This document shows positions 52,801-64,000 of a stretch of 64,000 nt of DNA, piece by piece. Within the stretch, counting starts at the first letter, position 1; each line of letters begins with the position of its first letter. The notes below the pieces were generated by a model. The model worked only from the letters and a program-made list of their open reading frames with translations, did no database searches and was not told the origin of the DNA. Source of the DNA: Ruditapes philippinarum (lineage: Eukaryota). The stretch is from positions 124,001 through 188,000 of the forward strand of contig NW_026862585.1 in NCBI RefSeq assembly GCF_026571515.1, given 5' to 3'. The translations under genes and the position numbers were made by a program.

Positions 52801-55800
52801 TGTTTACATGTTTTTGTGATGTCTGTCTTGTTGGATTGTCGTTGACGGTAGGTTTTTTTCTCTCCCCCCCCTCTTCCATTTTTAACCCCCCCCCACCTTT
52901 TCACCCGTACAGCCCTTTTCCCTTTAATTCTCTTATGGGCCCGTTTTTGTTTATATTATTTCACATTGCGTGTCCCGCTCCTTTCGCCCTTGTGTCCGCT
53001 CCGGGTTTTTGTTTGGTGCCTTCTGGGTGTCCTGCTTGGATGTGTCCGGGGGCAGCGTCCTGTGAACGTTGCCTTTGCCTTGTTGATCTTTATTCTTGAT
53101 ATTTTACACGAAAGATGATATTCTGCCACTCTCGTAGACTAGTACTCACTGTCGCCCATTGGGCTTAAAGGGATACAACTTAAATATAAATAAAACAGTC
53201 AACTCGAGCGAAACATCATCAGACAAGAGTGGCATATTTGTCAAACTTTCTCTACATAAATTATGTTCTTTTACAGACGTTTGTGAGAAGAAGTTTTGGA
53301 TAGGATCACCGAATATTTTCAATCCGAAAACCCGATCAGTAATGTCGTCAAGTGCAATTGATCCTGATATCCTGGATAACAAGCCCCTGTGTATCATCTT
53401 GAACAAAGGATTGACAGTCACTAATTGCAGTGATAAATATCAATCTATCTGTGAAAAAAGTGTGTATCCTAAATAAAATATAATCTTCGTGTTTTGCAAG
53501 TCCACCATTTTATTCTACAAACAGTAAATTACATATGCAGACATTAATATTTGCTGGTTTTTGCCGAAGCAGTGAATTAGATCAATTCAGATTTGTGGCT
53601 AGTATTAAAATGTTTTCGAAATAAGTTTACTCATTTATAATTTCAGAGCTACATTGTTTATTGAATGTTAAAAGTTTTTTATTACCTAGTAATGAATAAC
53701 TTTAAATATATGATGTAACTCCGTATAATGAAACTTTTGCAGATGAAACCCGAAAATCTCTTTGGGTCGAGGAACTGCTCAACTTTTCACTACCTATAGG
53801 TAACACATGAACATTTTCGTGTCTCTTTAATTATATTTGTTTGGTTTTACGAAGAATGTCACCCATTTTTGGTCATTTCTCGGGGGCCATTCCACCGCCT
53901 GGCTTTTCTGGGGAGCTCAGTTACCGACAAATTATCCTAAATGTTTTCTGAATCAGTGATGAGAGACAACTTACCATTAGACTCAATGCTCGAGATCATT
54001 AGTCATGGCAAAATTACGCCTCGGTCGAGGATCGAACCAGCATTCTATGGATTTCAAATCCGATGTTATTCCTTATGAGCTAAGCGGCCTCTTAAAGTAA
54101 ACTTAAAGAAGATTTAAGAAAATCAAAAAAAATATTTTGTATAAATAAAGGCAGATAAACTGGCAAATAATATGTTTTGGATGAGGCTTTTTTATCAATA
54201 ATTTGAATTAATGTTGTCAGAATAAAATAGAAATATAAGTAGAAAGATTTGAGATGACACTCTTACAATACACGAAAAGTGGTAAAAGTAGTCAATATAT
54301 TACCACTTTATGTATCATGTTTTCATCAAATTTCAATACAGAGAAAAGCATACTGAAACAAATTGCATTTACGTCCCAATAAGAAATGATTAGGAAAAAG
54401 ACTGCATATAAAAGTATTTAGGGTCTTTAGACAATGCAACATCTAGTTTTGTTATCATCGTGTTGAAAAAGGATTACTTCGGTGAATTTTGGATACATAT
54501 AGACCTAGGATCTGTGCTAAAGACGACAATTTAAGGTTTATCAAGGTAGTAATATCTAGCCAACCTGTACATACTGTTCACTCCTCAGTTTTGAAATACT
54601 GCCATTGAATTTTGCACAAGAGCAAAGAGATATTTTAATACCTTTCTTATACTTGTTACAGGTTATGATTTAAACAATGCCATTGCATGTGTTGTCAAAA
54701 TAGTGGATGATTTTCTAACTTTACTTTCAGATGAAGTGTCGAGGAATTGCGAATACCTACAAAAGAACAAGCAAAAGGAGTATGTGAAATCAAATGTGTC
54801 AGTTGAAGACCTATACGATAAGGTCAGGCTTCTCTTACTCAACAAGCTGATTTGCCATTATGACTACTTCATTTGTTGCTGTTAAAATAGAAGAAGAAAA
54901 AACAATAAAAAACTATTTTGAAAAGTTATATAATTATGTACATACAATGTCCTCTGTTACTCTGTAAAAATACAGTTTAAAACATTGAACTTCTTTACAT
55001 TAACTTTTTGATTCTGAATAAATCTGATTTTTAGATCATTTAAGAGATTCATAACAAAGTCATTTCTGATGGATTAAGAAATTATTCCATGTATAATTGA
55101 AGATATGACGATTTCAGATAATATACATAAATATAAGGTAAAGTTAGTAGAAAATAAACTAGCTTTATTCATACATTTTTCAGGTGTTTAACTCGTCAGA
55201 TTATGACCCAGTGAATGTTTTAAAACAACTTAAGAACGCAACATATGCATGTAAAGAAACCAATGAAACATTTCAAGCCGTAAGACTAATAAAGGTCGTG
55301 AAAATGATGACAAAACTTGCAGAATTGGATTTAAACAACTCAAAGGCATTGGCAGAAGACAGGCTAAAGGTAAATATGTACCAGCTCTGAAGATATTTTG
55401 TACTTATATATTACTTTGAAAACAAAATGATTAAATTGAAATAAATAAAATTTGATATTGAGCTTGTCATATCAAAATATGGCTTGTTATCTCTCATTTA
55501 TTTGTTGCTATAACAAAAAGACTTAAGATATTTCAAGAAATATAGATTTAACTGCCTACCTAGATACGACTTGTATAAGATACCATAATTATTAATAATT
55601 TAATGCAATTACAAGAAATTGAAACCAATTCTTCTTTATTATATCTGCCTTAATTATATATTACTTTGCATTTGTATGTCGGTCGGTTGGTCGGTCCATA
55701 GACCAAATGGTTTCCGATCAATAACTGAAGAACGCTTAAGCCTAGAAACTTAAAACTTGGCATGATGATTATCCATGACCAGTATATGATCTCTATTGAT

Positions 55801-58800
55801 TTTGGTGTCAAGGGTTCAAAGGTAAAGGTCACATTGACCTTTCCGGTTAAAATGGTTTTTTATTAATAACTAAAGAATGTTTTAGCCTAGAAACTTCAAA
55901 CTGGGTATGATAGTTGTTAATGACCAGCAAATGACCTCTATTTATTTTGGAGTCAAGAGGTCAAAGGTTTAGGTCACATTTACCTTGAAGGTACAAACGG
56001 GTTCCGATCGATAACTTTATAACCCAGAAGTTGTTGGCCCTCAAACTTCATAGTTGAATTCGACTTCCCAAGTAGATGACCCCTGTTGATTTTGGGGTCA
56101 AGTGGTCCAAAGTACTCGTAAAGGTCATATTGACCTTGTAGGTAAAAACTGTTTCCGATCAATTACTTGACAAGACATGTGCCTTTGGGCCTCAAACTTT
56201 GTAGGTGCATTGTTCTTAGGAAGTAGTGACCACTTTTGATTTTGGGATCAAGGGGTCACAGGTCAAGGTCACATTGATCTTGTATGTCAAAACGGTTTCC
56301 TAACAATAACTGGACAACTCATGGACCTTTGACCTTCAAACTTCACAGAAGCATTGCCTTCGGTCAGAAGATGCCCTCAATGGATTTTGGGGTCAAGGGG
56401 TCAGAGGTCAAGATCATATTGACCTTATAGTAGAAAACCGTTTTTGATCAATATTTCAACAACTCATGGGTCATTTACCTTCAATCTTCACAGTTGCATT
56501 GATCTTGGCCAATAGATAACCGATATTGATTTAAGGGTCAAAGGTCAAAGTCACATTGACCTTGCCTTGGCCAGTAAATAACCGCTATTGACTTAAGGGT
56601 CAAAGGTCAAAGTCACATTGACCTTACACGTAATGACGGTAAATATATGCATATATTATTTGGTAAGATTCGTGATAACTTAATCATAAAATTGCTATAC
56701 ACAACCTTAAAAGTCACAATTACCTAGTGACTAGTCATGACCATTAGATAACCCCTATTGATTTTTTATTCATTAGGTTAAAAGTCAGTTACAATTACTT
56801 ACCACATGACTAATTGGCTGCTGATAGGGGGCATACATGTTTTATAAACATATCTTGTTTGTATGGATAAAATGGTCAAAAGATCTTCTTTTATGAATTG
56901 ATAATTAACCAATAGTTCAGTAATGTTAAAATAAGTAACAACTTTAGAAGAAAAGACTCGACGTTTTAGTAAAAAGACTAAACCGTTTATAAATCTTGTT
57001 TACGGGAGCCATGCCAAATTTTGCAAGAAACATGACTTTAATTATATTTAAAATCAAAACTTTATTTTGTATCTTTATTATTCATAATTCAACTGTAAAA
57101 GAAAACGCATAATGGTTAATAATATTTGACCTTCATGTTTCATTGTTTTATATTGGTTTTTGTATAATTGCATTGCAGCCATATCTGGATATCATGAGTA
57201 ATCTCGTCGGGGATCATACAATTTACAGTTGGATTGTTACGATAAACCAGGTATCAATGCTTATTTTACGTTTTAAAAGTTTATAAATTTAAGGTCAATA
57301 TGTTGTTCAACTTAAATCTGTCATATTCGAAACTACTAGCTTGACCAACACGTCAATGCCTCAAGAAGAGAAAAAAGGATATCTTCCTATTTGAAAAATA
57401 GTATATGTGAAATCAAATGTGTCAGTTGAAGACCATAATGATAAGCTAAGATAAGTAGAAGATAATATAATACAATTCTAAAAAAGTATATGTACATAAA
57501 ATGCCCTAGGTTGCTCTGTAAAAAGAAAGTTTAACAAATATTGAGTTTTTTAAAAATTTCATTACATGAACTTTTTAATTCTGAATAAATCATCTGGTTT
57601 TTCGATCATTTAATTGATTCACTACAAAGTAATTTCTTAGGGATTAACAAAATATTCCATGTAACATTAAATATACAACGATTTCAAATAATATACATAT
57701 ATTAAACTGAGGCGAAAGAAAAAAATCGAAACTTATTCACACATTTTTTTTCAGGATTTTAATGCGCCAGATAATGCGAACATTTACATTTTTAGTCCGC
57801 TTGAGAACGCAATATATGCTTACAAAGAAAATAATGAAACGATACAATATGACATATTAATAAAGATCTTGGACATTTTTGCGACACAGGCAGGTGTGGA
57901 TTTAAATGCCCAAAATTCCTTGACAAAAGAAAGTCTAAAGGTAAACTTGTGTAACTTCTTTAAAGATTAAACTGTAAATCGTGACATTTAAATATTTAAA
58001 TATTATTTATAAAATATTAAACAAAACAGGTAAGACCCAAGGCAACTTATATAATTCTTTTTTTATTCGTTAAAACATAGAACAAGTAATATTCTTGATG
58101 TCAGTATACAAAGTAAACCAATTATGAATGGCAAATGCAAATGGTTATTTATTTATCTAAATAGTCATTCATAAGAAAAGAAAAAGACAATCTGTGTAAA
58201 AATTGGTATTTCTTCGGTTCATGTTTCAATTGACTGATTTCTAAATATAGATATAAGTGTAGTCTTGTTATATCATCTATACTTAGTCTTCTTTTTAGAT
58301 AAAATGTTGAAAGGTGTAAACATATGAGATATGCCCGATTCATTGTTTTATATTGGTTCTTGTATAATTTTATTGCAGCCATTTCTGGAGATCAGGAGTA
58401 ATCTCCTAGGGAATCATACAAAAGAAAGTTGGGTTATGATAGTATACCAGGTATCAATGATTTTACGATTTAAAAGAATATAAATTTCAGGTCAATTAAG
58501 AAATATTTTGTTCACCTTAAAACTATCACTACTGAAAATACTAGCTTGACCAACATGCCAATGCCTCAAGAAGAGAAATAAGCATATTTTCCTATTGGAA
58601 AATAGAGTAAGAATCCATTTTGCATAAACTCCCTTATCATTTATGTATTTTTTGTATATATTTCCTGCTTGACTTATTATAAAGTTATATCACTTTTAGG
58701 AATAAAAACTAAGTTATTACATTTTAAAGAATGAACAAGTTTAGTTTTTATCGATATCTACCATTTTGTTGATTATTTTGGTGATGAATAAACTTTTCAC

Positions 58801-61800
58801 ATTAACGGTTTTGATACTTTTTGCATTTTTCAGACAGGCAATAGCGGATATGAATTTAGCTATGACTTTAAAAGTATCACGAATGCAGAAGATGAATCTG
58901 GCAAGAAAGCTTGTATGTATGTATGTATGTATGTATGTATGTGTGTATGTGTGTGTGTGTGCGTGTGAACTCCTAGTATGATATCTTCTATATAAACGAA
59001 AAACATGATAAATTTTATGAATATTCTTTTGTTAAAGAAAAATATAGAAGCTGTTAATAATACTAATTAATAATACGAAAATTATACGAATATTTCTTTC
59101 ACCTATACTTGATAGCTTATAGTAGGAATAGATTCTAAAGTTTTATGCCATCAAGTCAATGTCACTTCTTTTCTAATATTTCATGTTTTAGTTTTTTTTC
59201 TCGAACAACTGGATTTGAAAAACGAAGACAAAGAAATTAATTTCATTTTAGACCATTGGTGTACGCGATGTGTATATTTTTTAAACCACATTGGATACAT
59301 TTTTTATGTGCACATATAGGCACATTTTTGCAAGCGATGGCAGTATAAGGTATTTGTAAGTGGTGAATATCCAACCAATCCGTAAACACCGTTAACTTAT
59401 CTGTAATAGAATATTGACAAAAAAAATTGATTTGTTTGTTTCTTTATAGTTTTTTAGTTATTCAGTAGAGTAATTCAATTGAATAATGACATTTTAAATG
59501 TTGCAATAAAGTATCATTATATTTTGTCTTTAACATTTCTTTTAATTAAAGTTGCGAAGGATTGTGAGTATCGACCAAGGGATGAACAAATGGAACGTAT
59601 GAAAACAAATGTGTCAATTGATGATTTGTATTACCAGGTTTGTCCTGATTAACAAAGCAAAATCGTAACCTAAATTTTTCATGTATTATAACTTACGTGC
59701 TTTTTGTGTGTGGAGTCGGTAAAATAAGACAACTGAATATCAATAAACATTATGCAGCAAACCGTTTTGTATCCTGTAAAGAGTTTTGTATTACGCTTTG
59801 TGAATATTGTAAATCGAAACATGTATATATATTTTAAGAAATAGAACATGTTTAAACTTAGTATAATGATCATATATATTTTCCGATTTGTTAAGTAAAA
59901 AACATAACATAATATAACATAACATGACATGACATGACATAGTTCTATTTTAAATGTATTTTCTACTTAGAAAAAATATATATACATACCTAACTTAGTA
60001 TTATATTTGAAAAACATGAGACAATTTTTTCACATAGATCAATTTCGTATATGTAAAGTCAATGTTTAATATAGTTGGCATTAATTTGATGTTAAGCAGG
60101 AACCAAAGTCGTAGAAATTTGTCAATTTAGATCCTCACAAAATGTATGTAAAAATATATTGTTTCATTCATTTTTTTGAGGATCTAAATTGACAAATTTC
60201 TATGTCTTTGTTATATATATATTTCAGGTCATTAACTCGTCAGATTATGATAAAGTGTACGTTTTAAATCATCTGAAGAACGCAACAACTGCTTTTAATG
60301 AAAATAATGAAACGATACCATCTGACACAATAATAATGACCATGAAAATGATTACAAAACTTGCAGAAGGTGTGGATGTAAATGACCAAAGGTCCTTGAC
60401 AAAAGAAAGTCTGAAGGTAAACGTGTGTCACTTCTTTAAAGATTAAACTGTGAATCGTGACATCTTAATATTTAAATACTATTTATAAAAGATTAAACAA
60501 AACAAACAGGGAAGACCCAAGGCAACGTATATTATACTTATTTCATTCGTTAAAAACATAGAACAATTGATATTACAATGTAAACCAATTAAGAATGGCA
60601 AATATTTTCTTTCCATTTTATTTTTATACTTATATCTTTTTTTATCTTTCACTTATTTATCCACATATCATCATTTAGATATGACTAGTTAATTTCTCAG
60701 TATATACTATTTACCTCTATGTTATAACAAAAATACTAAATATATTTCCTTAGAGAAATATCCGCTTTAATTATTTATTTTTTATGATATACTACACGAA
60801 AGATCTTTTGATGTGATGATAATTTTACGTTTTAAGTATTTCGGTAATTGAAAATGTAAAAACAACTTTTATCACGTTTTAAATAATATGTAATGTTAAC
60901 CGTTAACACTGATGTATTATTAGTTGTATATGTGTTGTATATGAATATGTATGTGCTGTTCTAAACTTATTATTCGTCTTCATCCTATAAGCTAGAACCC
61001 AGCATATATCTGTACAAGAACTTTAATTTGATGTATTGAAACTTGACACTGACCTCGAAACGCAATCATGGTTTACTATCCTAAGTTAAACAGTTAAGAC
61101 AATTTCTCTTCGACTTTCATACACATTAACAAATTTTGAACAAAATCATTTGTGTTTTCTTATATGTACTAGTCTTTTTAATTAATTATTTATTTACATA
61201 TACATATGTATGTCTTTCAAAAGATAAAAAGAAAATGGTAATCTGTGTAAAAATCGGTATTTCTTCGATTCCTGTTTCCATTGACTGTTTCTAGCTGTTG
61301 ATAAAAGTTTAATACTAGATATAGTACTTATTATATCATTTATACTATAGTATTCTTATTAGATAAAATGTTGAGAGGTTTAAACATATGATACATGTCC
61401 GATTCACTGTTTTATATTTGTTTTTGTATATTTTATTGCAGCCATATCTGGAGGTCGTGAGTAATATCCTAGGGGATAATACAAAAGAAGGTTGGATTGT
61501 TATAATAAACCAGGTATCTATGCTTGTTATAAGGTTCAATCATATAGATAAAAGCTCGATTGTGAAATCGAATAAGCTTATATAAATCGTTTTCAAAATC
61601 GCTAACACTAACAAGACTTAAATTATATGCTGTCGTACTAAACAACATATGTTTTCTTTGTAAGAATTCAATAGCAAATCTCAAAGTTAAGAATAATTTT
61701 GATCAATTGACCACGAAATCCGTACCATCTATGCAAATTTGTCATATTGTCCTATAAAACCATGATAAGATACTCAACAAAATGAACAGATTAAAAACAA

Positions 61801-62971
61801 CAACATTTATCCGAATCTGTCCTTTTATTTATGTTATTTCTTAACACTTTATTTTCAGACAGGCAGTGGGGCAAATGAATTACTCGATGGCGTTGCAAAA
61901 TTCATGACAAACTTAAATGAAACAGACGTAGTTGAATCACTAAATAACACATGTATGTATGGTATACTATTTCACAATTATTTCATTAAGATAACTTATC
62001 CTTCTATATCTTTTTTGTTTGTCAAATGTAAAATATTGTATACTTCGATTAAAAGGGTGAAGAATAAATCATATTCATCTATACGGATGAAAAATAGCTA
62101 AGGTTAACAATGATTTTATTCTTAAGTTAAATAGTCTATACTTTAAATAATCATGTTTTGGTTAGATTGTCGTCGCATTAACACTGTAAACGTTATATGC
62201 AGTCTTTCCAGCTTAACTGGCGGAGGAACTTCAGTGCACTTTCGAGCAATTTCTTCAGACACAAACGGGCACCTGAGTAGAACCACTTACGTTGTATAAG
62301 CCAGCTAGGTAGCTTCCTCACATAAAGAAATCCAAATTCCCTTTAGGGATTCGCACCTACGGTTGTAAGGGACAAATGGTTTGAAGCTACTCTGCTCAAA
62401 TAATTCACATTTAGTTGTGAAACACTCATCTTCTATTAATACCGATTAATGTTATTGGTGCAACAAATAAATCAGGGGAAGTGCAGAAACTTATGTTTTG
62501 ATACGCTTATTTCTCTTATTCTGTTTCAAACAGATGCATTATTTAGTCAAAATAAAATGAGGTATATATCGCAAACATACGTATTCAATAACATGGAAAT
62601 ACTGGTTAAGTGCTTAGTAACTTTTGTAAACTTTTAAATTAAAAGGAAACTTTTTGAAATATTTTTATCGCTTTAGAAGATATGACGTGCATGAGAGGTG
62701 CTGTGCTTTCTTTTATCTCATAAAAAGTTAACGTAAGACACTATCTATTGTCATTGTTTAAGTTACTTTAAAAGGCATTCATTTTCCAGAAAGGTTTTAC
62801 TCATAGCAGCAGCTGTTATACTTTTCTTTGTAACATCTTTTTTTACAGATGTCGCGAAAGCATCAATACGTGATTGCGATAATGGTATTCATTTCCCGAA
62901 CCATACTGACATGGAATTGCCAGATTGGCTAGCAAAGCCCAAGAACAAGTTATCTCTAAACTGTGACAAAG
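49897..62971 (+). CDS. 5' portion of a probable adhesion-GPCR-like receptor (signal peptide, C-type-lectin-like domain, repeated GAIN-like exons); continues beyond the window
   Basis: Phase-compatible chain: 49897-49963 (MFWNVFKYIFCFVILIFAVYSQ), 50229-50308, 51888-51963 (IHCETIGTRLVTI), 53277-53459 (FWIG..C..NCSDKYQSICE), 53743-53799, 54662 or 54731-54822, 55184-55369, 57179-57250, 57755-57940, 58379-58450, 58834-58912, 59552-59637, 60228-60416, 61442-61513, 61859-61952, 62849-62971. SNLL.....SW and GIHFP....PDW segments resemble GAIN subdomains. GPS and 7TM are not in the window, so the family call is inferred; a polycystin-1-like protein is an alternative. Confidence 0.68.
50830..51186 (-). 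mobile_element. Decayed Tc1/mariner transposase N-terminal fragment
   Basis: RAVGIVQQG...IGAAFSVHHTVITRAW...GPQRVTIPAQD, then (frameshifted) FLTATSLQNDL..GVRVSTQTVRRRL: the paired-like HTH region of Tc1, with stops and frameshifts. Confidence 0.8.
52160..53105 (+). mobile_element. 3' fragment of a Penelope-like retroelement (ORF C-terminus plus structured 3' region)
   Basis: FYGDVIYKLRRI..F...F.KIIKRF.KRGY...IIRHTACLVFNPFTV*RYAFLF resembles, from memory, the C-terminus of abundant invertebrate PLE-type RT ORFs; followed by a GC-richer, T-rich tail. Element boundaries are approximate. Confidence 0.62.
52651..52760 (+). ncRNA. Candidate twister ribozyme, type-P5 permutation
   Basis: P5 52651-52665/52746-52760; P2 GAGT 52670-73/ACTC 52703-06; GAGG 52674-77; UAA 52700-02; P3 CAGTGGT/ACCACTG; P4 ACCG/CGGT with loop TTCCAAGG. 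P1 is not canonical and pseudoknot T2 has one mismatch. Confidence 0.55.
53865..54090 (-). mobile_element. tRNA-derived SINE-like element
   Basis: Minus strand GGCCGCTTAGCTCATAAGG...GGTTCGATCCTCGACCGAGGCG (A and B boxes) followed by a non-tRNA body. Confidence 0.55.
55633..56859 (+). mobile_element. HINE/pearl-like element with GGTCAAAGGTCAAGGTCAC tandem units
   Basis: (GGTC)n start, repeated units TTTCCGATCAATAACT..GATTTTGGGGTCAAGGGGTCAAAGGTCA, 3' GGGGGCATA plus hairpin ATGTTT..AAACAT and CTTGTT. Confidence 0.72.
58913..58966. repeat. (GTAT)n(GT)n microsatellite starting at a splice donor
   Basis: Read directly from the sequence. Confidence 0.9.
62155..62390 (-). mobile_element. SINE family 1, degenerate copy
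   Basis: CTTTCCAGCTTAACTGGCGGAGGAA..AGAACCAC..TAGCTTCCTCACAT..GGGATTCGCACC. Confidence 0.55.
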
Positions 62972-64000
62972 GTATATATACCTTTTTTACAGTTAAATGA
63001 AAAGATAAGTGTTGTCTCGTCATTATGGCTTGTACATCTCGAATTCGCTATTCCTTTCATTATCCGTTTATATCAATATTGACAAATAGGGCATGCTATT
63101 TATCAACCACCTAAATAATAACCCATTTTTAAGCCGTTCGGCGTAATAGCGTAGTGGTTAAGCGTTTGTTATAGATGTGTACAGACTCTGGTTCGAATCC
63201 TGAAAAAATGCATTTTTCTTTTCTTGTTTGTTTTTAGATATTTTCAAAGAACTAGATTTTAGTTCATCGTGATTTTCATTCATTATAAAACGTATTCGGA
63301 AATCCAAAAAGCATGGTAAATTGCAGATTTGCATCCGACCTTTAGAAACTCCGTAACCACTACGCTACTGGGATTTACGTATCCAAATGTAATAAATGAA
63401 CAATTGCACAATCTATCATATCACAATGACACGATCGATTATTGCAAACCTTGTCGTGTTCATCATTTAAAAAGCTACACGCGCAGCAATACAATGGCAG
63501 GAAAGACAATCACGAGAGCACGTGCCGTTGTATAATATGTATGATAAGCGTCACTATTGGCGCCATGCAATGACGGTCTGCAACATATCTGTCATCGCAC
63601 TAGCACGTGATAATAATGACACAGCCGTATACTTTATACGAAAACACAGATAAGGAAATCCAGATCTTTCGAATCATATGCATCATTTAATTCTACACTT
63701 ATCAAATCACTCGCTATGCTGACTCGGGCTCTAAATGCGTTCTGTAGCCTCTGAAGCTGTTTATGCACGAGAAAAATGTGTACCAACTAACTAATGACCT
63801 CTGGACGGCAATTTACTACTTTCATTTTGGAATAAAGAGGCAAAATGTTCTCTAAATGAGTTGAAAATAAAACTTACCTCGACCACGTACAATATCATTT
63901 ATGCACCTATATAAATGGCTGTTTGGCTATATTACAAATATATTCGAGTCATCTAACATGTTACCTTAATTATTCATGTATTATAACTTTCGTGCTTTTT

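Noticed and set aside
52800-53099. 99-aa Pro/Cys-rich ORF
   Set aside because: Low-complexity pyrimidine-rich retroelement tail with no splice or domain support.
62534-62604. Possible extra GAIN-like exon (ALFSQNKMRYISQTYVFNNMEIL)
   Set aside because: Good acceptor, but no phase-1 GT donor linking it to 62849; left out of the model pending RNA evidence.
63139-63205. tRNA gene candidate (TAGCGTAGTGG...GGTTCGAATCC)
   Set aside because: A and B boxes are present but the acceptor and anticodon stems do not pair; likely repeat-derived.

Overview
AT-rich, intron-rich eukaryotic DNA; the repeat families and gene content point to a marine invertebrate, most likely a bivalve mollusc (inference). Four protein-coding genes were spliced by hand with GT-AG junctions and consistent phases. 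(1) DDX49/DBP8 DEAD-box helicase, + strand, 11 exons, 1727-23763, 481 aa. (2) A secreted protein with three VWA domains, - strand, 29186-32544, 643 aa. (3) Its head-to-head paralogue with two VWA domains, + strand, 37686-40237, 432 aa. (4) The 5' part of a probable adhesion-GPCR-like receptor, + strand, from 49897 to beyond the window, with a signal peptide, a C-type-lectin-like domain and GAIN-like exons. Introns and intergenic DNA are full of Helitron/Helentron-type non-autonomous elements carrying satellite arrays, TIR DNA transposons, tRNA-derived SINEs, a Tc1 fragment and a Penelope-like fragment. Main findings: a candidate type-P5 twister ribozyme downstream of the Penelope-like fragment, in sense orientation inside a receptor intron (52651-52760); a triplicated, phase-compatible GAIN-like exon cassette whose 72-nt exon copies differ only at amino-acid-changing codons; a ~170-bp element inserted twice into (GTCC)n microsatellites; and repeated nesting of elements at equivalent T-tracts of one host element. 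All coordinates were read by eye and no database search was run.
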